Numbered from the stretch's first letter, positions 9,591 to 24,780 are shown. The stretch: 64,000 bases of DNA from an uncultured Chloroflexia bacterium (GCA_963727055.1 CAVSEN010000003.1:85810-149809), one strand, 5' to 3'. Notes: generated by a model not told the origin, from the sequence alone. A program made the numbers and translations.

Positions 9591-10517
9591 ATGACCCGTA
9601 GCCTCGCGCGGCCGCGGCGGGCCGAGCGGCTCCGCCGCGATGTCGCCCTGGTCCTGATCCGGACCGAGGAGGGCGGCGCCCTGCCGCCGATCCGCCAGCT
9701 CGCCAGCCGCTTCGGGGCGAGCGTCGGGGCAACCCAGATGGCGATCGCCCGGCTCGTCGAGGAAGGCACGGTCGAGGTCGACAGCCGGCCGGGCCGGGGC
9801 GCGATCCTGCTCCACAAGAGCGTCGGCGGCCTGTTCGCGGCGATTCACGAAGGCCCCCTGCTCGTCGCCCTGCCCCTGCCCTCGACCGAGCGGATCAACG
9901 GCCTGGCCACGGCGATCAAGTCGTCGCTCACGGCCCGCGGGGTCGAGGCCTACATGGTCTTCATCCGTGGCTCGCGCCACCGGATCGCGGCCCTCTCCCA
10001 GGATCGCTGCCACATCGCGGTCCTCTCGCGGCTGGCGGCCCGCGAGCTGACCGGTCCGGCCTACGACATCCTGCTGACCCTGCCGCCGGGCAGCTACGTC
10101 CTGGAGCATCGCGTCTTCTACGTGCCCGAGCCGAGCTCCGGGCGGCGCCTGCGAATCGCCATCGACCCCAGCTCGCGCGACTTCGAGCGGCTGACCGAGC
10201 TCGAGTTCGCGGGCATCGACGTCGAGCTGGTGCCCCTCAACTACCTGCGCAGCGTGCGGGCGATGGCCGACGGCACGATCGACGCCGCGATCCTCGATAG
10301 CGAGGACGCCCTGATGCACTTCCCGCCCGGCCTCGCCAACCGGTCGCTGTCCGAGCGGGTCCGGTCCGAGCTCGGCGGCGCCAACCTCCAGGCATCGTTC
10401 GTGGGCCGGGCCGGCAACGCCGTGATCCGCGAGATCGTGGCCAGCTGCCTCGTGCCGGCCGAGATCCTGCGGATCCAGGAGGACGTGATCGCCGGCCGCC
10501 GCCCGCCCGAGTACTGA
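9591..10517 (+). CDS. GntR-family transcriptional regulator with a YhfZ-like C-terminal ligand-binding domain
   Basis: N-terminal winged HTH (PIRQLASRFGASVGATQMAIARLVEEGTVEVDSRPGRGAIL) plus a ~220-aa C-terminal domain resembling a YhfZ/periplasmic-binding-like fold. Confidence 0.7.
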   Translation: MTRSLARPRRAERLRRDVALVLIRTEEGGALPPIRQLASRFGASVGATQMAIARLVEEGTVEVDSRPGRGAILLHKSVGGLFAAIHEGPLLVALPLPSTERINGLATAIKSSLTARGVEAYMVFIRGSRHRIAALSQDRCHIAVLSRLAARELTGPAYDILLTLPPGSYVLEHRVFYVPEPSSGRRLRIAIDPSSRDFERLTELEFAGIDVELVPLNYLRSVRAMADGTIDAAILDSEDALMHFPPGLANRSLSERVRSELGGANLQASFVGRAGNAVIREIVASCLVPAEILRIQEDVIAGRRPPEY

Positions 10518-10524
10518 GCCGGTC

Positions 10525-11628
10525 CTAGCCCGGCGTCGCCGCCGCGACCCGTCCGGCGAAGGCCGAGATCGCGGCCTCGCCGACGAGCGCCCCGAGCTCC
10601 AGGTCGTAGGTCCGCGCCTCGCCCGGGGCGAGCTCGATCAGCTCGCCCGCGGCGCGCAGCTCGGAGCGGGCCACGGCCCGGTTCGTGCCCGGCTCGAGGG
10701 CGACGGCATAGGCCCCTTCGCCCATCATTCGCCAGATCATGAACGCGGGCAGCTGACGCCGGTCGAAGACCTGGTAGACGCCCAGGCCGAGCGCCCGGTT
10801 GACGACCGCGGCCGGGGTCCGGCCATCGGGCCCGGTTCCGGCCTGCTCGTAGAAGCAGGCCTCCTGGAAGGCCGGCTGGGGGCCGGTCAGGGTCCGGTAG
10901 CCGTCGATCGTCGACCACGGGTCGGTGCTCGTCGAGGCACTCGGGATCAGCAGCTCGCTGCCCGCATCGACGACCGGGAAGCCGGCGTTGCAGTGGTACA
11001 GGAGCATGTGGCTGGTCCGCTCGTGGCCGGCGTTCTCGACCTCGTCGTGGATCGTGAACCGGCTCTCGCCCACCCGCGCCTCGATCCGGCGATGGAGGAC
11101 CAGCGTCTCGCCGAAGACCGAGCTCTGGCGAACCTCACCCTCGGCCCACAGGACGCAGGCATCGCCGTCCCAGCGCTCGCCGTAGCCGACGAGCCGGGCG
11201 GGCAGGCCGCCGACCCGGCCGTGGAGGCCGTAGTCGACTGTCTCGAACATGTGCGGCTGGTGGAACTCGGCGGCCGTGTCCCGGGCGGCATTCATCGTGT
11301 GATCGAGGCCGCAGGTGACGACCATCCCGCCGCCCCAGGCCCGGAACCAGCCCCAGCCCTCGGGCTCGTAGTAGCTCGGCGCAATGACGCCGACCGACGA
11401 GGTCCAGTTGAGCGACCGCCCGGCATGCTCGCAGCGGCCGATGTCGAAAGCCCGATCGACCAGCACGTCGAACGAGAACCCGGAGCCCGTCCGGAACTCG
11501 AGGATTCGGACCCCGCGCCCCTGGCCGTCGGCCAGGCTGACCTCCCGGACGCCGGCGACCTGATCGAGTCGGCCGACTCGGCGCAGGAGCTCCGTCCGGT
11601 CGTAGTGCCTGCCCCACAGCTCGGGCAT
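10525..11628 (-). CDS. DUF4432 / aldose-1-epimerase-like family protein
   Basis: MPELWGRHYDRTELLRRVGRL... matches the conserved architecture of the DUF4432 mutarotase-like family. It has an AGGAGG RBS. The upstream 50 aa of the listed ORF are spurious. Confidence 0.7.
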   Translation of the reverse strand: MPELWGRHYDRTELLRRVGRLDQVAGVREVSLADGQGRGVRILEFRTGSGFSFDVLVDRAFDIGRCEHAGRSLNWTSSVGVIAPSYYEPEGWGWFRAWGGGMVVTCGLDHTMNAARDTAAEFHQPHMFETVDYGLHGRVGGLPARLVGYGERWDGDACVLWAEGEVRQSSVFGETLVLHRRIEARVGESRFTIHDEVENAGHERTSHMLLYHCNAGFPVVDAGSELLIPSASTSTDPWSTIDGYRTLTGPQPAFQEACFYEQAGTGPDGRTPAAVVNRALGLGVYQVFDRRQLPAFMIWRMMGEGAYAVALEPGTNRAVARSELRAAGELIELAPGEARTYDLELGALVGEAAISAFAGRVAAATPG

Positions 11629-11756
11629 CGTTCTCGCCTCCTGCGTTCGGCACGATGTTGGTGCCAAGCGAAGGATATTGCAGGTGGATGCGTCCGCGCC
11701 GTCGCCTCGGCAATGCGCCGGATGGGGACCGAGCCGGTCTGGGAGCGCTGACCGGG

Positions 11757-12767
11757 TCAGCTGACCGGCGCGCTCCACGATCGGATCGTGTCCATGTAGT
11801 TGGCCCGCTCGAAGGCCGCCGGGTTCTCGGCGGTCGCCTGGCTCGCGCTGCCCCGGAGCTGGCTGACCGACTCGTACTCGTGGGCGGCCAGCCAGGCCCG
11901 CAGCTCGGCCTCGACCGTGGCGACGTGGCCGGGGCCCTGGCGCAGGATCGCCGAGGTCATCATCACCACGTCGGCGCCGACCATCAGGCCCTTGACCACG
12001 TCCGGCGCGGCCTGGGCGCCGCTGCTCGCGGCGAGCGAGACGGTGTCACCCAGCTGGGGCCGCAGGATCGCGATCCAGCGCACGGGCAGGCGGAGCTCCC
12101 AGGCATGGCTCAGCTCGAGTCGGGGGACGACCTCGAGCGCCTCGAGATCGAGGTCCGGCTGGTAGAAGCGGTTGAACAGGACGAGCCCGTCGGCGCCCGC
12201 ATCGATCGTCGCCGCGGCGAAGTGGGCGAGGGCCGAGTAGATACGGGCTGAGCTTGACCGCCAGGGGGATCGTGACGGCCGCCCGGACGGCGGCGATCAG
12301 GTCGAGGTCGGCCGCCTCCATGTCGGCCGCGGTCCGGCGCGGATCGGCCGCGACGCGGTACAGGTTGAGCTCGAGGGCATCGGCGCCGGCATCCTGCATG
12401 AGCCGGGCATAGCGGACCCAGCCCCCGACGCTCGTCGCGTTGAGGCTGGCGATGACCGGCACGCCGGCCTGCGCCCGAATCTGCTCGAGCGAGCGCAGGT
12501 AGCGGTCGGCGGCGCCGATGAACTCGTGGACGGCGGGGAAGTAGTCGAGCGCCTCGGCGAAGTGCTCGGTGCCCTGCTCGAGGGCCCGGTTCAGCTCGAT
12601 CTCCTCGCCCAGGATCTCCTCTTCGAAGAGCGAGGGCAGGACGATCGCGCCGATCCCGGCGCCCTCCAGGCGCCGGGTGTGGAGCGGATCGCTGTTGAGC
12701 GGCGAGGCCGAGGCGACGATCGGCGAGCGAAGCTGGAGGCCGAGGTAGCGAGTCTGGAGGTCGACGC

Positions 12768-12772
<5 letters not shown>
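11757..12772 (-). pseudogene. Dihydroorotate-dehydrogenase-like protein (PyrD/PreA family, class 1 DHOD-like) with one frameshift near 12243
   Basis: MSVDLQTRYLGLQLRSPIVASASPLN... runs to ...AVKLSPY, then the frame shifts (+1) into (Y)SALAHFAAATIDAGADGLVLFNRFYQPDLDLE...RWIAILRPQLGDTVSLAASSG...ERANYMD. Its ATG overlaps the PFOR stop (ATGA). Confidence 0.7.
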
Positions 12773-17521
<4,749 letters not shown>

Positions 17522-17602
17522 CAGCCGACGACCCTGCGGCGAGCCCTGGCCGGTGGCGACCAGGCTGGCGACCCGGGCGCCGGCCGCTGACGGGCCGCCG
17601 GC

Positions 17603-18532
17603 TCAGATCCCGAGCCGGCGCAGGTACTCCCGGTTCGCGCGCTGGCCGGCGACGACCGACGCTGGCGTATCGGTCGGGCGCAGGAACTGGTCCTGCTCGA
17701 TCACCAGCCAGCCCTGGTAGTCGTAGGCGCGAAGGGCCTCGATCACCGCGTCGATCCGCGAGTCGCCCAGCCCGAGCTGGCAGAAGACGCCCCGGGCGAG
17801 CGCTTCCTCGAGGCCCTTGCCCTCGGCCTTGACCCCGTCCATCACGGCCGTCCGGCAGTCCTTGATGTGAACATGCCGGATCAGCTCGTGGTAGTCGTGG
17901 ACCGACTGGGTCGGGTCGGCGCCCCCGAAGCGGAAATGGCCGGTGTCGAGGCACAGCCCGAGCAGGGCCGGGTCGATCCGGTCCATCACCCGGGCGATCT
18001 CGTCGGCCGTCTCGATGTACGTCCCGGCGTGGGGATGGAGGACAGGCTCGAAGCCGGCCGAGCGGCACACCTCGGAGGCCCGATGGAGGTTGTCGATCAG
18101 GGTCTCGAAGCGGGCCGCCGACAGCCAGGTCTCGGGATGGTCCTGGATCCGCCCGGACAGCGCCCGCCGGTCGGGCTCGTCGAAGTGGTCGGACAGGACG
18201 ACGAACGGGTGCGAGCCGGCCGGCGAGCCGTCGGCCAGCACCTTGAGACCGGCCAGCAGGGCGGCCCGGTCCTCGTCCGCCTTCTCGGCCCGGCTGAAGT
18301 GCTGGGGCATGAACGCGCCGACGAGCTCCAGGCCGCGGCCCGACAGGCGCTCGTGGACCTGGCCCGCGTCCCCCAGGAAGCCCGGCGCGCCGAGCTCGGT
18401 CCCCTCGAAGCCGATGTCGACCATCCAGTCGAGCATCTCGTCGGGGGCGGGCATCCAGGCATCGTCGACGAGGATCTCGTCGACGCCGAACGAGACCGGG
18501 GCGCTGGCGACGCGCAGCGGGGACGTGGCCAT
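17603..18532 (-). CDS. Sugar phosphate isomerase/epimerase (xylose-isomerase-like TIM barrel)
   Basis: MATSPLRV start with a GGAGG RBS. It has the DTGHF and HIKD motifs typical of the AP-endonuclease-2/Xyl-isomerase TIM family. The upstream part of the listed ORF is a spurious extension. Confidence 0.85.
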   Translation of the reverse strand: MATSPLRVASAPVSFGVDEILVDDAWMPAPDEMLDWMVDIGFEGTELGAPGFLGDAGQVHERLSGRGLELVGAFMPQHFSRAEKADEDRAALLAGLKVLADGSPAGSHPFVVLSDHFDEPDRRALSGRIQDHPETWLSAARFETLIDNLHRASEVCRSAGFEPVLHPHAGTYIETADEIARVMDRIDPALLGLCLDTGHFRFGGADPTQSVHDYHELIRHVHIKDCRTAVMDGVKAEGKGLEEALARGVFCQLGLGDSRIDAVIEALRAYDYQGWLVIEQDQFLRPTDTPASVVAGQRANREYLRRLGI

Positions 18533-18555
18533 GGGTTCCTCCGGGCGGTTGCTGG

Positions 18556-19557
18556 TCAGGGCTTGATGACGATCTTCACGGCTTCGCCCGAGCGGATCCG
18601 GCCGATGCCGGCAACCGTCTCGTCGAGCGGGATCGTGGCGGTGATCATCGGGGCCAGGTTGAGCTGGCCGCTCTCGACCAGCCGGATCGCGGCGGGAAAG
18701 GTGAAGTTCGAGATGTACGAGCCGAGGATCGACAGGCCCTTCTCCACGATCTCGACCTGGTGCACGGCCGGCCGGGCGTTCTGGTTCATCCCGAAGATGA
18801 TCACCCGGGCGCCCATTCCGGCGGCCTCGATCGCCTGGGGCAGGACGCTGCCCACGGCGTCGACGACGACGTCGGCCCCGGCCGGCAACAGCTCCGCCCG
18901 GCGAGCCGACCAGTCGTCCGGGCTGAGGACCTCGGCGGCGCCCAGCGCCCGGGCAACCGGCGCCCGCGCCGCGCTCGGCTCGACGACGATGATCCGGGCG
19001 GCGCCGGCCGCGTGGAGCACAGCCGTGAACAGGCAGCCGATCGCCCCGGCGCCGAAGACGACGACCGATTCGCCCGGCCGGAGCGCCGCCCGGTTCGTCC
19101 CGTTGACGACGCAGGCGAGCGGCTCCACCAGGGCCGCGAGCTCGGCCGGCACGTCCTCGGAGATCGGGTAGACGCTGTTCGCCGGGGCGGTCACGTACTG
19201 GGCCAGGGCACCGTCGCGGTAGACGCCGAGGGCCACGATGTTGGTGCAGTTGGCCGGCCGGCCGGCCCGGCACGAGTCGCACGCCCCGCACTTCGGGTCG
19301 GGGTCGACGACGACCCGGGCGCCGAGCGTGACGTCCCGGACCGCCGAGCCGGCCGCCCGGATCCGGCCGACGAACTCGTGGCCGATGATCACCGGCGGGG
19401 TCGACGGATGGCCGGGCGGGATGTTGATGATCTGGACGTCCGACCCGCACACCCCGCAGGCCTCGACCTCGATCAGGACCTCGTCGGCGGCCGGGACCGG
19501 ATCCGGGACGTCGCGGACGACCAGCCGGCCTTCGCCTTCATAGACGGCAGCGCGCAT
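18556..19557 (-). CDS. Zn-dependent alcohol/polyol dehydrogenase (MDR family)
   Basis: The likely start is MRAAVYEGEGRLVV, with GHEFVGRI, CGACDSC (structural Zn) and GAGAIG (Rossmann) motifs. The first 44 aa of the listed ORF are spurious. Confidence 0.85.
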   Translation of the reverse strand: MRAAVYEGEGRLVVRDVPDPVPAADEVLIEVEACGVCGSDVQIINIPPGHPSTPPVIIGHEFVGRIRAAGSAVRDVTLGARVVVDPDPKCGACDSCRAGRPANCTNIVALGVYRDGALAQYVTAPANSVYPISEDVPAELAALVEPLACVVNGTNRAALRPGESVVVFGAGAIGCLFTAVLHAAGAARIIVVEPSAARAPVARALGAAEVLSPDDWSARRAELLPAGADVVVDAVGSVLPQAIEAAGMGARVIIFGMNQNARPAVHQVEIVEKGLSILGSYISNFTFPAAIRLVESGQLNLAPMITATIPLDETVAGIGRIRSGEAVKIVIKP

Positions 19558-19597
19558 CAGGTGGAACCTCCATGGCTTGGGCGGACGTGGCAGGGGA

Positions 19598-20596
19598 TCA
19601 CGCCAGGCGATCCCGGACGGAACCAGCCAGGTGTTCGATCGTCTCGTCGTCGATCGGCAAGGGCAGGTCGACGATCGCCTCCTCGGCACCGGCGGCGTGC
19701 CAGCCGCGCAGGATGCCGATCACGGTCTCCTCGGTGTCGGCGAGGGGCGAGCCGGCGGCCCACGCCCGGGCCTGGGTGCCGCCGCCCTGCCTGGCGAGGA
19801 TCGCCGCCAGGGCGTTGACCGCCTCCGCCCGGGACGCCCGGATGCAGATCGGGGGGATGCCCACCGTCCGCCGGATCGAGCCTGGATCGCGGCCGAGCGC
19901 GGCACAGTGCTCGTCGAGCACGCGACTCTTGCGGGCGAAGCTCTCGGGATCTCCTTCGCCGTTCCAGATGTCGGCGTCGCGGGCGACGATCCGCAGAGTG
20001 CGCTTCTCGCCGCTGCCGCCGATCAGCAGGGGCAGCCGGGCCTGGACCGGGGCCGGATCGTTGCGCACGTCCTGGCCGCTCACCCAGCGGCCGGCCAGGG
20101 TCACCGACTCTCCGTCGAGGAGGCCCCGGGCCAGCTGGCTCGCCTCGTCCAGGCGGCTGATCCGGTCGCCCAGCGAGAGGACGTCGTAGCCGAACGCGCG
20201 ATGCTCGGGCTCGTGCCAGCCCGCACCGAGGCCGAGGATCGCCCGGCCCCGGCTGGCGTGGTCGAGGGCGGTGGCCATCTTCACGGTCAGCCCGACGTTG
20301 CGATAGCCGACCCCGCAGACGAGCACGCCCAGGGGCAGCCGGCTCGTCCGGGCGGCCCACGCCCCGAGCGTCATCCAGCCCTCGAAGACCGGGCCCTGGG
20401 CGCCCAGGACCGGCCCGTCGGAATCGCCCAGGATCGGCATCAGGTGGTCGTTCGCGAAGAGGCTGTCAAAGCCGAGGGCCTCGATCCGTTCGCCGGCCGC
20501 CATCAGCTCGTCCCAGCCGGCGAACTGGCCCCAGACCTGGAAGCCGATCCGGATCGGCGCCTCCGGTTCGGGGCGCCGGCCCAGCAGGCCGCTCAA
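19598..20596 (-). CDS. LLM-class F420-dependent (luciferase-like) oxidoreductase
   Basis: Luciferase-like monooxygenase fold signature (FDSLFANDHL...GLGAGW). Confidence 0.75.
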   Translation of the reverse strand: MSGLLGRRPEPEAPIRIGFQVWGQFAGWDELMAAGERIEALGFDSLFANDHLMPILGDSDGPVLGAQGPVFEGWMTLGAWAARTSRLPLGVLVCGVGYRNVGLTVKMATALDHASRGRAILGLGAGWHEPEHRAFGYDVLSLGDRISRLDEASQLARGLLDGESVTLAGRWVSGQDVRNDPAPVQARLPLLIGGSGEKRTLRIVARDADIWNGEGDPESFARKSRVLDEHCAALGRDPGSIRRTVGIPPICIRASRAEAVNALAAILARQGGGTQARAWAAGSPLADTEETVIGILRGWHAAGAEEAIVDLPLPIDDETIEHLAGSVRDRLA

Positions 20597-20621
20597 GCGT
20601 CGCCGGTCGGCCGGGCCGCGA

Positions 20622-21482
20622 TCACCTCGACCCGCGTCGGCGCAGCCGGCGGCTGCCGGTCAGGAGCAGGGAGCCGATCGCGACCGCGGACAGCGACACC
20701 ACGAGGATGACCGTCGCGATCGCGTTGACCTCGGGCGTCACCCCGAACTTGATCTGGGTGTAGATGTACAGCGGCAGGGTCTGCTGCGGGCCGATCAAGA
20801 AGAACGTGATCACGAACTCGTCGATCGACAGGGTGACGCACAGCAAGGCACCTGCCAGGATCGCCGGCGCGATCAGGGGCAGGACGATATGGCGCAGTGT
20901 CCGCCACGGGCCCGCTCCGAGGTCGGCGGCGGCCCATTCCAGGCGGCGATCGAAGCCCTGCAGCCGGGACGCCACGATCAGGACAACGAACGGGATGGTG
21001 AAGACCAGGTGGCCGGCGACCACGGTGTACAGGCCGAGCTGGACATCGATGAGCGGATGGAGCCCCTGGCGAAAGAAGATGAGCAGCCCGATCCCGATCA
21101 GGAAGCCGGGGATCATGATCGGCAGGGTGAAGCCCAGGCGCAGGATCCCGGGGGCGCGCACGCCGCCGCGGACCAGCGGGAAGGCGACCATCGTGCCCAC
21201 GATCGAGGCAATGATCGTGACCACGACGGCGACCTCGACCGAGGTCAGCAGGGCCTTCTGGATCGCCGAATCCGACGCCAGCACCTGGTACCAGTGCAGG
21301 GTCAGCCCGGTGATCGGCAGGCCCGGCGTCGCAGCATCCTCGAACGAGAACAGGATCAGGAACGCGATCGGCAGGTACAGGAATGCCAGCATCGCGCCGG
21401 TCAGCACGATCAGCGACCAGCGCGTCTGCCGGGCGAAGCGGCTGACCGGCATCGTCTCGAGCGGGCTGGTCCCCCTAGCCAC
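20622..21482 (-). CDS. ABC transporter permease (PotC/spermidine-putrescine type)
   Basis: It has six TM segments, fits the operon context, and overlaps the upstream permease by 8 nt. The alternative start is MPVSRF. Confidence 0.85.
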   Translation of the reverse strand: MARGTSPLETMPVSRFARQTRWSLIVLTGAMLAFLYLPIAFLILFSFEDAATPGLPITGLTLHWYQVLASDSAIQKALLTSVEVAVVVTIIASIVGTMVAFPLVRGGVRAPGILRLGFTLPIMIPGFLIGIGLLIFFRQGLHPLIDVQLGLYTVVAGHLVFTIPFVVLIVASRLQGFDRRLEWAAADLGAGPWRTLRHIVLPLIAPAILAGALLCVTLSIDEFVITFFLIGPQQTLPLYIYTQIKFGVTPEVNAIATVILVVSLSAVAIGSLLLTGSRRLRRRGSR

Positions 21483-22392
21483 TGGTGACCACGTCCTCCA
21501 CCCGGAACGACTTCCGGAACACGATCATGATCGCGGTCACGAAGGCCGCGATGATGATGGCCAGGGCGGCGCCCTCTGCGAACTGGTCATTCCGGAGGAA
21601 GTTCAGCACCAGGTTGGCGATCAGGCTGCTCTGGGCGCCGCCAACCAGGGTCGGCGTCAGGAACTCACCCAGGATCGGGATGAACACGAAGATGCAGGCC
21701 GTGATGATCCCGGCCCGGATCTGCGGCAGCAGGACATGCCGGAACGCCTGGTCGGGCCGCGCCCCGAGGTCCTGGGCTGCGTTGAGCTGGGTGAAGTCGA
21801 ACTTCTCCAGTGAGGCATACAGGGCCAGCAGGGCGAACGGGAAGTAGATGTAGGTGAGCACCACGAAGACGCCCGGATCGTCGTAGTTGAAGACGTCCAG
21901 GGGGACCTTGATGACGCCGATGGCCTGCAGGATCTGGTTGAGCGCGCCGTTCTCGCCGAGGATCGCCTGCCAGGCATAGACCCGGACCAGGTAGCTCGTC
22001 CAGAACGGGACGATCACGGCCAGCAGGATCACCCGCTGGGTCAGCTTGCCCGTATAGCGCACGAGGAAGTAGGCGAAGGGCAGGCCGATCGCGAGTGCCG
22101 TCACGGTGACGAGGGCAGCCATGATCAGGGTCTTGATGAAGGTTCGCAGGTAGGTTCCCTCGACGAAGAACCGGGCGTAGTTGCCGAGGTTCCACTCGGG
22201 CACGACGACGAAGTCGTTGTTCGTCCGCCAGAAGCTGAACACGAACATGATCGCCATCGGGACCAGGAACAGGAAGACGAGCACGCCCAGGCCCGGCAGG
22301 GCCGGAAGAGCCCTGCCCAGGCGCCGGGCGAGCCCGGACGAGGACCCGGCAGCCGGGGCCGACAGGGCCCCGGCGTCGGATTCCGCGGTCAT
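21475..22392 (-). CDS. ABC transporter permease (PotB type)
   Basis: Membrane protein in a PotABCD-like operon. Confidence 0.85.
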   Translation of the reverse strand: MTAESDAGALSAPAAGSSSGLARRLGRALPALPGLGVLVFLFLVPMAIMFVFSFWRTNNDFVVVPEWNLGNYARFFVEGTYLRTFIKTLIMAALVTVTALAIGLPFAYFLVRYTGKLTQRVILLAVIVPFWTSYLVRVYAWQAILGENGALNQILQAIGVIKVPLDVFNYDDPGVFVVLTYIYFPFALLALYASLEKFDFTQLNAAQDLGARPDQAFRHVLLPQIRAGIITACIFVFIPILGEFLTPTLVGGAQSSLIANLVLNFLRNDQFAEGAALAIIIAAFVTAIMIVFRKSFRVEDVVTSG

Positions 22393-22416
22393 CTCAGCGA
22401 GAGCCAGGCAGTCTGG

Positions 22417-23601
22417 CTACGAGCCGAAGACGTCGTTGAACGCGGCGATGGCGGCCTGGGTCGATGTACCAGGACCCTTGAGGGTCATGGTGTTGACCGT
22501 CTCGGGCTTGTTGAAGAGCAGGTGATCGGCGAGCTCCTGCTGGCCCTGGTTGATCAGCAGCTTGTAGGCCGCCTCACTGAACAGCGGCCGCCGGTTGATC
22601 ATGAAGTTGGCGGCAACGTATTCGGCCTGCTCGTGGACCTCGAGGAAGGGCATCAGCAGGTTGTTGTTGGCGCCGCCGTGGACGAGCATCTCGGCGTCCA
22701 TCCAGCCGATGGAGCCTTCCTTGGGGGTGAACGTCGTCAGCTTCGGGCCGCCCTGGTCCATGACCGCCGTGTCGGCGCCGAGGTTGATCGTGGCGATCCA
22801 CGCCTCGCCGTTCTTGAGCGCAGCGACCGTATCGGTGGCCTGCGGCGCGAGGCGCAGGATGTTCGGCTTGAGCTGGACGAGGAGCGCCTTGGCCTGGGCG
22901 ACCTCGGCATCGGTCATGTTGTAGGGATCCTTGACCCCGGCGGCCTTGCCCATGTAGGCCATGACCTCGACCGGCTGGTCCTCGACGACGACCCGCTTGC
23001 GGTACTTCGGGTCCAGCAGGAGCTGCCACGAGTCGGCGCCCGAGGTCACGTGAGCCGGGTCGTAGGTGATCTGGATCGGCGCCCAGCCGTTCGGATAGCC
23101 GAGGTAGCCGGCCGGGCTGGTCCAGATCGAGAACTCGCGGGCGACCGAGTACAGCTGGCTGGCCACCTTCAGTGAGTTGATGTCGAAGGCATCGATCAAC
23201 TGGTGCTGGTAGAAGTACGGCACCCAAAGTGCGTCTTCCGAGACCAGGTCGATCTGGCCGCCGACCTGCTGGACCTTGGTGTAGGCGTCGATGTCGTCGC
23301 TGAAGCTGGTGATGTTGGCCTTGATCCCGATATCGGCCGCGATCTTGTCCATCTCGGCCTGGTACCAGTGGTCGCCCCAGGTCAGCCAGTTGAACGTGCC
23401 CGTCGGCCCCGGCGTCGCGGAGGCGGCGGTCGTGGGCGCGGCGCTCGCGCCGCCGCCGACGCTCGGCGCGACGGTCGGGGCGGTCGTCGCCGCGGATGCG
23501 CCGCAGGCCGCCAGGAAGGCGCCCAGTCCGGCGGTCGCGCCGACCGCTCCGGCGACTTTCAGGAACTGTCGCCGGTCCAGCCTCTGGTTCAAGTCAGCCA
23601 T
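22417..23601 (-). CDS. ABC transporter substrate-binding protein (PotD/PotF-like) with a Tat signal
   Basis: MADLNQRLDRRQFLKVAGAVGATAGLGAFLAACGAS gives a twin-arginine signal and a lipobox. Confidence 0.85.
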   Translation of the reverse strand: MADLNQRLDRRQFLKVAGAVGATAGLGAFLAACGASAATTAPTVAPSVGGGASAAPTTAASATPGPTGTFNWLTWGDHWYQAEMDKIAADIGIKANITSFSDDIDAYTKVQQVGGQIDLVSEDALWVPYFYQHQLIDAFDINSLKVASQLYSVAREFSIWTSPAGYLGYPNGWAPIQITYDPAHVTSGADSWQLLLDPKYRKRVVVEDQPVEVMAYMGKAAGVKDPYNMTDAEVAQAKALLVQLKPNILRLAPQATDTVAALKNGEAWIATINLGADTAVMDQGGPKLTTFTPKEGSIGWMDAEMLVHGGANNNLLMPFLEVHEQAEYVAANFMINRRPLFSEAAYKLLINQGQQELADHLLFNKPETVNTMTLKGPGTSTQAAIAAFNDVFGS

Positions 23602-23625
23602 TCCGTGCTCCTCCATCAGGTGTGG

Positions 23626-24771
23626 CTACTCCCGGATCAGTGCGGCGTTGTCGGCCCGCCACCATACGCAAACCTCCTCACCCAATTCGCGCTGCGTGTC
23701 TTTCGTCCAATCCCTGGTCCCGTGCGGCCGGACGACGACCATCTCGCCCGATGCCGTGGCGACCGTGAGCCGGGTGTGATTGCCGAGGAAGGCGACGTTG
23801 ACGATCCGGCCGGCCAGCCCCGGGGGACCATCGGTCGCATCCTGTGGTCGCACGGCCAGGAACTCGGGCCGGATCATCAGCGTGGCCGGGCCCGGCTCGG
23901 CATCGCCCTGCACCTCCACCACCGCCCCGCCGACGTCGAAGACGGCCCGGTCGCCGTCGCGCCGGACGCTGCCCTCCAGGAAGTTCGTATCGCCGACGAA
24001 GTCGGCCACGAACCGATTGGCGGGCTTGTCGTAGACCTCCCGCGGTGAGCCCTGCTGGAGGACCGTGCCGTTGGACATGATCGCGATCGTCGTCGCCATC
24101 GACAGGGCCTCTTCCTGGTCGTGGGTGACGAAGACGAACGTGGTCCCGACCTGGCGGTGGATCCGGGAGAGCTCGGTCTGCATCTGCTTGCGCAGCTTCA
24201 GGTCGAGGGCCCCCAACGGCTCATCGAGGAGGAGCACCGCCGGCCGCTTGGCCAGCGCCCGGGCCAGTGCGACGCGCTGTTGCTGGCCGCCGGACATCTG
24301 CGCCGGCAGGCGACCGGCGAGCCCGCTCAGGCCCACCAGCGCCAGGTACTCGTCGGTGCGGCTGGCCACATCCGCCTTCGACAGCTTCTCCATGCGCAGC
24401 CCGAAGGCCACGTTCTGGGCGACCGTCATGTGCGGGAAGAGGGCGTAGTTCTGGAAGACCGTGTTGACGTTGCGCTTGTGGGGCGGCAGGTCGTTGACCG
24501 TCCGGCCCTCGATCAGGAGGTCGCCCGAGCTGAGCGGGATGAACCCGCCGATCAGGTTGAGGGTCGTGGTCTTGCCGCAGCCCGACGGGCCAAGCAGGCA
24601 GAAGAACTCGCCCGGCCGGATGACCATCGAGACGTCATCCAGGGCGACCGCCTCGCCATAGCGCTTGGTGGCATGGCGGAGCTCGATTGCGGGGGTCGCG
24701 TCAGCCAAGTCGGGATCCGCTGACCATCGGGAACGACGCGCCGCGAAGCATGATGCGTCCCTCTTGTGCAA
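23626..24771 (-). CDS. ABC transporter ATP-binding protein (PotA-like)
   Basis: GPSGCGKTT, LSGGQQQRVALARAL and a TOBE C-terminus are present. The listed start is a TTG. A more likely start is the internal TTG giving MADATPAIELRHATKRYG (~24708). Confidence 0.85.
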   Translation of the reverse strand: MHKRDASCFAARRSRWSADPDLADATPAIELRHATKRYGEAVALDDVSMVIRPGEFFCLLGPSGCGKTTTLNLIGGFIPLSSGDLLIEGRTVNDLPPHKRNVNTVFQNYALFPHMTVAQNVAFGLRMEKLSKADVASRTDEYLALVGLSGLAGRLPAQMSGGQQQRVALARALAKRPAVLLLDEPLGALDLKLRKQMQTELSRIHRQVGTTFVFVTHDQEEALSMATTIAIMSNGTVLQQGSPREVYDKPANRFVADFVGDTNFLEGSVRRDGDRAVFDVGGAVVEVQGDAEPGPATLMIRPEFLAVRPQDATDGPPGLAGRIVNVAFLGNHTRLTVATASGEMVVVRPHGTRDWTKDTQRELGEEVCVWWRADNAALIRE

Positions 24772-24780
24772 CCGTTTGCC
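24764..24780. promoter_or_regulatory. LacI-type operator candidate TTGTGCAACCGTTTGCC
   Basis: Imperfect palindrome GCAACCGTTTGC in the divergent region between the PotA-like operon and paralog A. It matches sites at 28546, 37028 and 41556. Confidence 0.5.

Noticed and set aside
24771-24771. TTG-initiated extended starts (24771, 36894, 41565) listed in the ORF track
   Set aside because: Downstream ATG/GTG/TTG starts with better RBS spacing and family-typical N-termini are more plausible. These coordinates are kept only as outer bounds.
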